A stretch of 63,329 nucleotides of DNA, filler included, from Perkinsus chesapeaki ATCC PRA-425 (lineage: Eukaryota; Protista; Perkinsozoa), in NCBI GenBank assembly GCA_013115145.1. It is 9 parts of 9 records of this genome, joined end to end, with 100 filler letters (N's around TTAATTAATTAA, not from the genome) between each part and the next. Parts side by side here need not be neighbours in the genome. Positions count along the whole stretch, not along the records: positions 1 to 25,410 come from JAAPAO010000527.1; positions 25,511 to 36,487 come from JAAPAO010000866.1; positions 36,588 to 46,790 come from JAAPAO010000900.1; 6 more parts are not named here. One strand, given 5' to 3'. The notes beneath the pieces were generated by a model. That model saw only the letters and a program-made list of their open reading frames with translations, was not told the DNA's origin and searched no databases. The position numbers and the translations under genes are program-made. Positions 25,214 through 36,978 of this stretch are shown in pieces; positions within the stretch are counted from its first letter, which is position 1; each line of letters opens with the position of its first letter.

Positions 25214-25410
25214 TTAAAAGGCCTTGCCGTTGACCTGATGAACAGCGGAGCCGTCCTTGAAATAAGTTGCGATCTGCTTGGCAGCAGCAAGACCAGCCTT
25301 AACATTAGACTCAACAGTCTGAGCACCCATTTTCTTAGGAGTAACAATAAGCTGCTTCTTCATCTGATCGGGACCAATCTTCTCTCTCAATTCATCCATC
25401 TTGTTGAAAC
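25214..25410 (-). CDS. serA: D-3-phosphoglycerate dehydrogenase, type IIIK-like, C-terminal fragment (cut by contig end)
   Basis: IVTPKKMGAQTVESNVKAGLAAAKQIATYFKDG...VN: TPKKMGAQT replaces the usual TPH(I/L)GA motif; there is no C-terminal ACT domain before the stop. Confidence 0.75.
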
Positions 25411-25510
25411 NNNNNNNNNNNNNNNNNNNNNNNNNNNNNNNNNNNNNNNNNNNNTTAATTAATTAANNNNNNNNNNNNNNNNNNNNNNNNNNNNNNNNNN
25501 NNNNNNNNNN
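25411..25510. other. Artificial contig linker N44-TTAATTAATTAA-N44 (first of eight)
   Basis: The six-frame stop linker recurs at 25455, 36532, 46835, 49572, 52152, 53818, 55872 and 61414. Confidence 0.97.
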
Positions 25511-25625
25511 TAGAAAGGAGTTTGATAGGAAATATGTTACTAGTGATACGGAGTAGGAGATATAATAGAAAGGAGTTTGATAGAAAATATGTTACTAGTG
25601 ATACGGAGTAGGAGATATAATAGAG
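25511..25625. repeat. 55-bp tandem repeat at a contig edge
   Basis: tagaaaggagtttgata...ggagatataa at 25511 and 25566. Confidence 0.85.
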
Positions 25626-25699
25626 AGTAGTTTAATGGGAAATATGCTACCCATTTTTTTGTCGTATCCATATTTAATTTTCCTTTATAACTGCCTTCT

Positions 25700-28600
25700 T
25701 TTGTCAGCCTCTCGTAAATGGTGTGTCACACCAGTCGCACCATCGTGCGCATCAAACGATCTCACAAACGTGCCGGCCTTCAGCGTCAAGCTAAGAGCGC
25801 GGAGCGACAATCCCATCGGCCCTGGGAATATCATAAGGAGTAAGGAATCTTGCTAATCTTGCTCGGTCTTGCAGTTTCTCAACGCAACTTATTCAGTATT
25901 CCTCCACCCTCTACTGACGTGGAACATACAGTCCAATCCACAGGCAGCTTGCACGCCGTTCGAAGGTAGCGTTTGTGGTTCTGGAGGAATCATCAGCGCG
26001 GCCGCGGAGTCGGTTTCGGGAGGGGCGGTTGTTGGGGAAGGCGGACAGGATCATGTCAATGTAAGCTCTGCGTTTTGGTGAAAGAAAATAGGTATGCCAA
26101 TTTGTGGTGGATTTATGGTCTGTGAAGCGGTTGATCGATATTTTTTGGTGACGATTAATTTGGTATTTCACATATACGCTTTTTGGTATTCTTCGGAATT
26201 CGAAAATGTATTAATCCCTTTGCGTGGGATATAAGAGTGGAGTTGTGACCTTAAGCTGCTGGCATCTGGCAGAAGCTGGTGCTCGATTTCTCGAGGATCT
26301 AGAAACTTACAGAACAGTTGAGATGTCCCTGTTATTGGCTGTGGTAGCTTCCGTCGCAAATTGCCGTAATTTGGTATCTTTCAATACCCATGATTTTCTT
26401 TGCTGGTATTTCAGGTGGTGAAGCTGACCATTCCAGCGATATTCGATAGCATCACTGATGTCATTCAACACACAATCCACCTCGGCAATCTGAGACTTCC
26501 GGAAAGTGGTTTCTTCCCGGAGACAATTACAGCCGAACTGCTGCGCCAAGAAGGCGCCGGCCCACAGTAAGCTGTCTAGTGCACGCATCAACCTAAGATT
26601 CTCATTCTTCAGTTACTGGAGCTCAGTGGCGACTGGGTCGTCTAAGGTGTGGATAAAACCTACGGTGTCATCCGTTAGTATCGTGGCGCGCGCCGGTGAT
26701 GGGAACGCGAAGCCATTCAAAGGCGACACCAAAAACGAATTGTATTTTCGTATAGTGACGGGCTTCAACGTGTACGCGGCAACGAGGGGGGATGTTGAGC
26801 TCACATTCGTGCTTCCACCGGGGTAAGAAGATACCATCATCAACAACTCGGCCCGCATTTTATTATTTCAGGTATAAGTGCGCACAGACTGGCAGCTCGT
26901 GCGCTGGGTCTTGCATCTCGGACAATTACTGTCCGGAAGATCTATCGATCTTCAAGGATCCTCAGACCGGGGAGTATCTGGTGCCATCGTATAGAGGTCA
27001 AGTTGGTCAGGAAGAAGCTGATATTGTTAACGAGGCGGAATGGAGTACAACTGAAGCTGCAGGTGGGTGCACAAGAGATAGTTGTTTAGATGAAATCATA
27101 GATTGTTTCTTGAAGAAGCAATCTTCAATCTTGTCTTGCAATCATTCTTAATTACTAAAAAGTAGGGAAGATATTAAAGGGCTGGTCTTCAGGTCAGCCT
27201 GTGGCGGTTTTTAGCAGCGGTGGAATGCCTAATCAATTTAGAACGTTACAATCTGGGCTCATCTAGATTGACCACTTTCGGTCAGAGGGTCTTGGTCTCC
27301 TATCCAGAAGAGAATGGTCACTAAGACGTGATGTTATTCGGCGGACTGCAAATGCTTACCTCAGCCGGGCCTGAGAATCCCCTTCCCAAATTGATAAGTT
27401 TTTTTTTCAATTGTACAGTGTATTATGCCTATGAGCTTTTCTTATAAGTTCATTATTATAAGGTGCTGTTTGAAAAAGAGCATGATGCTACAGTATTTGT
27501 ACTGCGGTCTACGCCCTGAGCCCCTTGTAGGCGCGCGCGATCAATCACAATATCAAGAATAGGTCGGCTCCATGAAAGTAGCCCTTCCAGAGCCTGCCGG
27601 GCTCAGGGCGTAGACCGCAGTACAAAGTACAATATCCATTCATCGTAGTGTCCAAGATGTCTGTATAATTGTTATATTCACTTTCAGGTGTAATAGATCA
27701 GCCTAATTATGTTCCAGCATCATGTCGGTTAACATTCCAAAGAGATATGATTCTTTACGGCAGTTCTGTGGTGTACATGGGAATAACAGTGGACAATCCA
27801 GCAGCAGCATTGCAGCAGGTGGGAAAAACGACAGCGGCAGGATTCGAACCTGCGCAGGCTGAGCCTAGTGGATTTCGAGTCCACCTCCTTAACCACTCGG
27901 ACACGCTGTCTGATGATTTTCTCCTCTGACAATTTCGCTACCTGATTGCCGCGCGTTTTCAGAGCGACCCCAGTAACGTGTGGAAGTTCGAGGCCCACCA
28001 AAAAGGCAGCTCCCCGACCTACGATGAGAAGGCGAAGCTCTTCACTCTAACTCAGCCATCAACCGCCTCGGCGTTTGCACCAGTCGAAACCCCCACTGAC
28101 TTCAGCGCCAATGTCGCGGTGCTCGGGAAGATGTCCGAAGAGGTTATCATACCGACCAACTTCGCCGCGGGCGAGTGGAACGAACTTGAAATATTTTTCA
28201 AAACCGAGCAGGAATGCGGCACAGCTGCAGACGGAGCGGCGCAGGTCTGGGTGGACGCCCCGGCTGGCTTTGACTTTACTAAGTACTGCGCTTTGCTGCC
28301 ATTGGACAACGACTACTTCGTGCCGGAGCCGGTCATACCGACACAGAGACTGCCAGTGGGCACCAACATCGAGTGCTTGGGCGCGGCGACACTCGGAGGA
28401 TCGTCGGGCTCTGCTGTGTATAATCGGGCGAAGATCACGACCATCAGCAGGATCTTGGGAGGGCAGTTTTACGCCTTCAGCTTGCAAGTTCACAACGCAG
28501 CAACGTACGTGCACAATGCCAAGTGGACTATCACCACGTACACCAAGTCGAACTCGCCATGCGATCGAAGCTTCTACAACGTTCGCATGAATCCACATGA

Positions 28601-31600
28601 TCCGGCGGATGGCTCGAGTCTGCCGTGGGCGATCTACCAGCAGGGGATGCCCGGTACGCACTTTGGGGTTCGTCTGGCTGATTTGAGACCGGCCGTGCTC
28701 GAGACGGACGTCGCCACGGACATCACTGTATTCCCAATCATTGTGCAAAAAGACACGAAGGAGAACTTCAGAATCACAGCCCCGGGAGGCTATAAGTGGG
28801 AGTTCACGTCACAACAGTTCAAGTAAGCGAGGTAAAATGGTAAACATGAAACGCTTCGCTCCGCTCAGATACAAAACTGCTCAAGTAGGCCTAGCCAATT
28901 CAGAGGTGGTCGAGGGAACTGACGCGGATCTCCCCTTAACAACTATTCCGAGCAGACCGATTGTCGAGCCGTTTAACGAATTAATTGTGGCTTATTTGAG
29001 TAGCAATCTCGTAGCCGGTCGACAATATGGAATCAAGACTAAAATACGAGTACCACGTAACACACCGACGGCAAGCTCGAACACTTTTATTATCGAATTT
29101 GGATTTGACAAAACGACTTTGTCCGGCCGCTCCGAGGTGAGGGCTCACGAGGATTTCGTGGCGCGTGACGGTTGTGTTTCTGCTGTTGCAGGCGGGTGTG
29201 ACGAATTCGCCGCCGGTGCAAGCGTTGATTAATGGAGAGGTTACTTATCATACAAGTGTGGCAGGAGCGACGGATAACGAGCTTTGCTTTCGGATACAGA
29301 CGATCAGCCCGATAGTGCGGTAAGTTAGTGTGTGGTCTCGTGGCCTAATGGATAAGGCGTTGGTCTTCGGAACCAAAGATTGTGGGTTCGAGTCCCACCG
29401 AGATCGTTTTTCTTATTTTAGGGGCGGTGGTATTGTCATCCAAGGACCATCCGGCTTCATTTTCCAAGAGAACTGCGTCACCCTCGCCTCGCCTGGATTC
29501 ATGTCCCTCCCGACCGACAGCTATTGCCGATACCAAATTGATGAGACTGCCCAGGACGTCCCCGTGGTGACCATCACCGCAGGAGTCAGTGGCATCGGCG
29601 CTAATATGTATAAGTTCTGTCTGGCGGTTGAGAACCCGACCACGGCGAGTGACACTGCTGGTTTCTGGACCTTCCACAGTTACGAGATTATAAGTGAAGA
29701 AAGCTACCTTGATTACTCCACACAGGTGAGCTGCCGCTCCCGTTGGGAATTAACCGAACTACCGTTAAGAGGAATTTTATGAACTGAATGACGAATTATG
29801 AAAGCTTGGTTTGAAGTGCTAGATCATCAACGGTGTAACCTAATCTCATTTGACCGGAGCTGGTCTCGATGTCTTGGAGAGTTGTCTGATGTGACGAGAC
29901 TCTGTTATTCGCCAACGGTGGTTACCTATGTAGCTCTGGATGCGGTGTGATTTCCAAGTTCAACATTATTGGCAGCATAATTCAGCATAGTGAAATCAGC
30001 GTCGTCGATGTACTTGAATAATTCCTAGGGGCATCACTGTAACTTTACTCCATCTTAATTTTTAACGGATGTCTGCGTGATTCCTTAGCTTTGGTATGCA
30101 CTTGAATGTCCCGCAGGTGCCCGGGTTCACCATCAAAAGGCCGATGTTCGCCTATCACCTGGTGGAACAGCGACGACGTGAAGTGTGTGGTGTTGGGTCG
30201 GTCTCTACTAATTGCTCATTGGAGGATTTCAGCTACTGGCTCACAGGAAGGAATGATCGACCAGGTGAGGGTCGAAAGCTATGGGCTTATTTTATATATA
30301 TAACTTGGGGACAGCTAGCCACAACGCAGGCAGGGTAGCTACAGCTCACCACAGACTAGTCTGGGAGGAGACGGAGTCCTTCTGCCCCTGATTGGGATGC
30401 CCCAGCGCCGCCCACTATTCGCGCCCCCGGTTGAATAACTTCTCACATTGATATATATATATATATATACTTTCTGTTATAGCACATATCGTTTCTGTGA
30501 ATGCTGCCCTCTATTAATAGGTTACATGCCAACCTAAAAACACCAGCTGCTGCTGCTGCTGCCCTTCTAGAATGACCCACGCTCTTCTTGTCACTCATCG
30601 GCTTTGAGATATAAACCTTTGCCGCCTCCTATGACAGATCGTCGACCGTGGATAGGATTTCACGCGCGCCCAAAAATTGTCTGTGCCTTTTCAGATGTGG
30701 CGAACCAATTGATCTTCTCCTTTGCATTAACCGAAGACAGTGTTGACGGCGAGCTGGTAGTGATAGCACCGACAGGTTTCGAGTTCGATTATGAGTGCGA
30801 AGTCGTCACAGATTCCTCACGGGTGAAGACAGTTTTTCTTTGACACTTTTCGGAGAATAATTTTCTAACGTAGGTTTTCGACGCGACCAAGTCGGCTGAC
30901 GATAGCACTCTGCCTGCGGGCTACACCCAGTCATACGAGCCATGGCCAGACCCGCCTTTCGGGGAGATCACTAGATGCACTGGCGAGGGAAACGTCGCGC
31001 GCGTGGAAATTAATGAGGGTCTGACAGCAGAGAAAAACTACGTTTTCCGTCTGACGGTGTTGAAGAATCCTACGGGAACGCCGCAGTGGAACAAGTGGCT
31101 GTTGGAGTTCGGCGATGAAGCCTCGGAGCCTATTGGCGGATTTCCGGTGTGGGCCTTCTATTACGGGAAGATCACAGCGAGCGATACTAGCACCAGTTCG
31201 GGGGATTTGCCAACGAGGAATCTCGTGACGATTAATATAGGGATAACGAATAGAGTGCCCGCAGGAGGGCGTATTAATGTGAGGGAGATGGTGGGCTATG
31301 ATAGTGCATTGTCGAATGGCCAGACCTTAAACAGGGATTGGCGTTTAGGTTGAATTATAATATCTTTAACTATTACCCATTTCAACAAATGACAGGTCAC
31401 TATTGTGGAGCATTAATCTATTTATCATATTAGTACCAAATTTAATACTATCTCATATCACTCGGTATTGCGATGACTTCCTAATAAGTTCTCCTGAAAC
31501 GCAATTGTGGTATACGAACTTTCGACCGGGTGGGTTTGTGCTCAGCTTCCCAACTTTCTCAGATCCTGGCTCCAGCAGGGTTCCTGATAGATTCGGAGTG

Positions 31601-34600
31601 CGATGCCACCGTGACTGTGAGAGACACGGGGATCCCTATAGATACTAAATGCCAAGGAGCATCGAGACCATCTAACGAATGCCAGCTGTTGGTGAGTGAC
31701 GAGGCCTGGTATCGGCTCACGCTTTCGACTGAGGAGTAGTTAGAAAGTTTATACGGATAGAGTCGTATAGTAAGATCAGATGTCAGGCCGCACGGAAGGA
31801 ATAGTCCATTTCTGGTCTGGAATGTGATTAAGAATTTCCTGTTGTATCTCCTGAGGATACACAACGGGAGATACTCCTCCGCATTAGGAAATCTTCTTTA
31901 TCACCGAATGACAAATTTCTGAGATGCCAGCCAACGCTCCTCTGGATGGGCAGTGAATTGTCGAGGTTTGGGAAGCCAGTCTCCTTTTAGATTCTCTCCG
32001 ACCAGGAGCTCAGCGGTGGTACGATTTACCAAATACTTCTCATGGTCACGAACCCGAGTTCTGTGTCGCCCGCTAAGTCATGGACGTTCCAGTCGTACGA
32101 GAGTGACGCTGTTACTTCGACTCTGGACTATGCCCAGTTCACAGGTGAGAGCTGGGGTTAATTCTGAGAGGCAAAGCTCTGAAATATTGGTCGTTGCCGT
32201 CCATAGAATGACTGTCATGTGAATGACAGAACGACACACTGTCACAGAATGACACAAACTGCATTCTTTCCAGCTGGAGGATGCAAAAAACGGCGAGGAT
32301 TTTGCGGAATTTCTTCGAGGTTACCACCACTGGGCGACGTAGATAGGCGACCACATGCATATACGAGCACTGTTCTCTCCGATATGCACTGACAAGTAGA
32401 GACATGAAAACATTCAGCTCTTTACAGTGGGAAAGCATTGTTTTAAGGAGCTGTGGAGAGAGGATAAGAGACACCCCTGATCGATACCTCTCAGTGTCAT
32501 AGGGCGGAATTGTATCTTCGTCTGGTGGTTGGAACAGTGCCACTCAAACGGTGTCCAGGAAAGCAGCGATTCTTCCTGTCTTTTTTGTTAGGATTCGGAG
32601 TGAACCTCCTGGCGACGACCTTCAGCATGCTCTCGGCGTCCTCGCGCAACGGCCTTACAGAAGTCCAATTCGAATTCCTGGTGTCCCTGCCTGACCGCGT
32701 TGTGGCCGGCGATGAGATCGTCCTCCTGGCGCCCCTCGGTTTCGAGCTCAACAAGATCGGTGAGATGATAATATTTTTTCGAAAGGTGGAATCTCTCTTC
32801 AGGGAAGCAGACGTGCACTGACTACGCGTTAGTTCCGCATATAACTGTGCCTCCTGTCGCGTTGGACAGAAGCCCACCGGTTTGCTCGGCCAATAGGATG
32901 TCCTGGACGGTTCAAGACGGCACCTTTCCTGCTTCGGTAAGCATTTTTCTTGCTGGTAGGGTGGAGCGCAATGATGCTGGAGAAGAATTATGACATAAGA
33001 GAAGAAATTTTGGAAAGACTATATTATAGAGATACAGTAGATTATATTATTGATTATATAATGTGTTGATTGCGTACTTTCCAAGCTAGCGCGCATTTCA
33101 ATTCTTAAGATGCTTATGATCAACTGTGCGCCTTTGAGATAGTGCTGATTGCTTTTATGGGTTATTCATTTAATCAAGATGCTCCTCACGACTGCATTCT
33201 TCGGATCCCTCCGTTTCTCAGACTTACGTCCGCTTCACAGTGTCGTCGATAAATCCAGCAAGCACACCGGAAGATAACACCTTCCAGATCAAACACTTGA
33301 GATCGAGTGGGAGAGAAGTCCACGCGAGTGCGGTGATGAAAGGGTAGGTCTATGTGTCTTTCGTGAACACGTATTTTACGGAGACATCGTGTCCGAGTGG
33401 TTAAGGAGTTGGACTTGAAATCCAATGGGCTCCGCCCGCGCAGGTTCGAATCCTGCCGATGTCGTTTTCTATCATACTCTCGAATTATTCTGCTAGATAC
33501 AATATCGTACCCCAACTAAAAGACGTTAAGGTCTCACTAGTCGAGCCCTTCGTGAGAGCCACCAGTGGTTACTGTAAGCATCACGGATTTCGTGGCGCAG
33601 TGACAACTTCGCACAGGCACTGTTATGATTGAATTAACTCCTGTGACTGTTGCTAACCTGGTCGTCATTAAAGGTCATATTACTGACCGCACCGACGCCT
33701 ACTTTGGCATGACCAGTGTAACACTGCGCATGCCTCCTCCTGACATCCAGCGAGACGATGCCATATCGAAGAGAAGCCTTTGGGAAGTTACTATATCCTC
33801 ATCATTGAAGAGCGAAGTGGACTTCCTCTATGTCCTCGAGAATGTGCAAAATCCCACCGAGATAGGCGTTTCCCTGTGGGACATCACCACCTATTTGGAC
33901 ACAACTGAAATCGAGCAAAGGAAGGACGCCAAACTCGACGCCGAGGGGTTCGAAGTTCTCGGGAGCATACGAGTCTACTCGGACAGCAGAGTCGATCCTC
34001 GAGTTTACGGAGCTAAAGATTCCGTGATATATTTCGCCTTGAAGAGTAGCGTTGAGGAAATGCAAGATTGGCAAGATTTGTTGTAGATTCTCATTTGATA
34101 CCAGCTGGCTCGATCTTGGAGCTGCACGCTCCTCCTGGATATGTCGTGAAGAATGAGAGCTTTGTGCGACTTAGTGGTATTGTGGAGCTTGACGGTCAGC
34201 ATGGCCTCGACCCGGTAAGCTGATAGTTACATTAAGTTAGAGCTTTCCCGAAGCTCAACATGATATTCGACAGACGAACTTGCTATATTATGCCGCCTCA
34301 TTGCGGTCGAAAATCTACGAAATGCTCACAGTGCGTTTGTTTGAGTTCTGGTCTCCACCTCCGGCCTGTGTCGCACTATGTTCGTGTCGGTAGTGCCCCA
34401 TCTGCGCGCTGCTCATGTTCGAGACCTTGCCCATCAGGCTTGGGATCATCTTTAAGATCTCTGAAATCCCTTAGTTGAGCTTTAAACGGGAATGGCCACA
34501 ATTGTGGGAGTTGCGAGAGGGGATCGGAGCTCTTGAGATTTCCTCATTGCCTTTGCCAACGTATTCAGGCGACAGCATTCATGTACTGCTTGATCCTTAA

Positions 34601-36133
34601 GCAGTGCCCAATTAATATATCAACTCAGTTGATTCAGTTATGCGTTTGTTATCCAGTTGATTCAACTGGATGACGCAAACGCATAAATACTTTAGAGCTC
34701 TTTGGAGCTCATCCATCAGTCGACTAAGCCTTTCTCCTTCTTCTACTTCCCCTTCACTCAGGCCCCTACAGGCTCTTCCGCCTTTGTGTACAGAATCCCT
34801 CTTGCCGCTGACATCACCGAGGACAACGAGTTTGCCTTTACGATCACGACAGATCTTCCGGAAGTCCAACTCAGTAGCAATTACTGTTTCTTATTCTACA
34901 ATTATGGCCACATTTCTCAGGTCAAACGAGCTGGCTGGTCCAAGCGATTTTCGAGGACAAAGTTGTCGCCACGAATGACTTTGGTTTCCCAGGCTTCGCT
35001 CTGGTCGGGACGCTACCGTTCTCGGTCGTACCCGGCTTGCAAACGCCAGGCGCCGAGATCACCCTGCGGGTAAGATATTTACTAGCTCATTTTAGATGCA
35101 TGCTACGAGGCTGGAGGAGATGTTTCAAATTTCGCCTGATCGCAATGATGACAATTTGCGAGTACTTTTTCCGCAGCGAAATGAAATTCCGCCATGAAAT
35201 TCCTCGATGAACAATGAATCTGGTCCCGGTTGTCCAGGAACAGTGAGAGGGTTGTTGGTCTTTCTTGGTGGAAAGTATCTTCTCTCTCATATCCTTTCCA
35301 GATATCTTTTTCCCTGGCGGCTGCCCTCCGCGGGCAGACCTACGTCTCGCTGGAGATAACAGCGCCGCTCGGGTTCAAGTTCTCGTCGGGAAGTTCTTGT
35401 CTGAAAAGCTCATCCACCGAAGGCAGCGGATCGGTTTTCGGAGGTTGCGTCGGAAACAATAATCTGGCCACACTTAGCACGACGAGAAATACACTCGAGC
35501 AAGGTGAGGAATTTTGTGGCGCGTGACGAATTATGCAATGTTTCATCCGATGAAATTAAACTTCCATTCTCAGAAATATGGTCTGCAAAATCGTCTCGAA
35601 TCTTGTCTCAGTTGGTCTTACTAAGTTAAGCTTAAAGCCTCGCCCCCACAGTATCACCATGTGAAATGGAATCTTCAATGACTTCGTTGGCGTTGGACCG
35701 TACGCGCTGGGAAATGCCAGAATCAATTTTTCTTTCGCGAATTTCCCGTTACTCACTGACAGACGTACGCGATGGCATGCATGGAATTCGGCAGCATTGC
35801 GAGTACGCCACTCGAGCTGGAGTGATGAGTTGGTCTTTTCTCAGGTCAAACGGTCGTTGAAATGGTATGTGTGAATCCGGACGTAACGCCATCGAACAAC
35901 TTCTGGCGACTGGCCCTATTTCTGGACAGTGACGGTTCCCTTTACAGGAACATACAGACGGAGGAAGGATACGAAATTAAGGCCATGGAAGCTTAGTAAG
36001 CTGATGATTGACTTTCGCGCGCCACGAAATTGATTTCAGTTACCGAGGGAACAATCGGTTGGGAGTGAGCGCCCCGGGATTCTTCACGTTTATGCCGGCG
36101 AAGGAGATTCTTGGACCTATTCAAGTTGATATA
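25700..36133 (+). CDS. Giant multi-exon protein made of repeated beta-rich modules; unknown function; truncated at both ends
   Basis: More than 25 exon-like blocks with frame-consistent GT-AG junctions where checked (27688-27818, 27963-28822, 28869-29136, 29192-29319, 29422-29725). Recurrent motif [ILV].[AG]P.G[FY].F...C (VDAPAGFDFTKYC, IQGPSGFIFQENC, VIAPTGFEFDYEC, LAPAGFLIDSEC, ITAPLGFKFSSGSSC) and NP...W.[FIL].[TS]Y...GF. Confidence 0.75.
27491..27632. mobile_element. MITE-like element (Tc1/mariner-type ends) in an intron
   Basis: Perfect 28-bp inverted repeat at 27496-27523 / 27599-27626. The outer ends are flanked by TA (27489-90, 27633-34), and the left end begins CAGT. Confidence 0.7.
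27829..27910 (-). tRNA. trnS-CGA: tRNA-Ser(CGA), antisense within intron 27819-27962
   Basis: Acceptor stem gacagcg/cgctgtc, anticodon arm gtgga-ctCGAaa-tccac, long variable arm, GGTTCGAATCC, followed by a T5 terminator. Confidence 0.95.
29334..29406 (+). tRNA. trnR-TCG: tRNA-Arg(TCG), sense within intron 29320-29421
   Basis: Acceptor stem ggtctcg/cgagatc, anticodon arm ttggt-ctTCGga-accaa, GGTTCGAGTCC, followed by T5. Confidence 0.95.
30451..30469. repeat. (AT)n microsatellite, intronic
   Basis: About 9 AT units. Confidence 0.8.
33383..33464 (+). tRNA. trnS-TGA: tRNA-Ser(TGA), sense within intron 33344-33496
   Basis: Acceptor stem gacatcg/cgatgtc, anticodon arm ttgga-ctTGAaa-tccaa, long variable arm, GGTTCGAATCC, followed by T4. 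Confidence 0.95.
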
Positions 36134-36316
36134 GTAAGTGCTTGGTGTGAATCTTATTATCCTCAGTCTCACCGATTCGTTACCATTCTATCTCTTGGTG
36201 TTGATCTGTTATTATCATCTAGTGTTGTCGTCAACAACTTGTTCAGCAGTGTTACTGAGGGGTTGCTACGGCAGATTCCTGATCTCAGTAGAGCCTGCTG
36301 GATATTTATTTTACAT

Positions 36317-36487
36317 ATTAAAATGTTATTATATAATGTTGTTCGATTATCCTTTATTTTTACACTAGTAAAATGTTTTTATATAATCTTGTTCGATTGT
36401 CCTTTATTTTTACTCTAGTAAAATGTTATTATATAATGTTGTTCGATTGTCCTTTATTTTTACACTAGTAAAATGTTATTATATAAT
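36317..36487. repeat. 50-bp AT-rich tandem repeat at a contig edge
   Basis: aaatgttattatataatgttgttcgattgtcc... at 36321, 36371, 36421 and 36471. Confidence 0.9.
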
Positions 36488-36587
36488 NNNNNNNNNNNNN
36501 NNNNNNNNNNNNNNNNNNNNNNNNNNNNNNNTTAATTAATTAANNNNNNNNNNNNNNNNNNNNNNNNNNNNNNNNNNNNNNNNNNNN

Positions 36588-36978
36588 TACCGGCGCGGTG
36601 ACCACTACCGAGGCCGCTGAGACCAGCACTACCGGCGCGGTGACCACTACCGAGGCCGCTACTACTCAAGTGACTTCAACTACTGCTAGCACCTCTGGTA
36701 GCGAGAAACTCGAAGGAAAGTTCTGTGGCACTCTCTACGGACAAAGATTTTCCGTTGATTTCGAGGAGGGACATGCTACTGTAAGCGTCCTTGGTGAGAG
36801 TGCTGGTGCTGATTACACTGTTGATGGGACTAACATTGTCTTCTCTAATTATGATCCAATGCTCCAGAAGTTAATGGATACTTTCAACATTAAGAAGATT
36901 GAAGGTACCATCGTAAACTCCAGCGAAGTTCACATAAAGGCTGACTTCCTTATTGATACAACTCTTACAAGCTGTTAA
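36588..36978 (+). CDS. Thr-rich mucin-like repeat protein with a small C-terminal globular domain (5' end missing)
   Basis: A 42-bp/14-aa repeat (TGAVTTTEAAETST) at 36589 and 36631, followed by ~95 aa KFCGTLYG...TLTSC* ending TAA. Confidence 0.7.
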
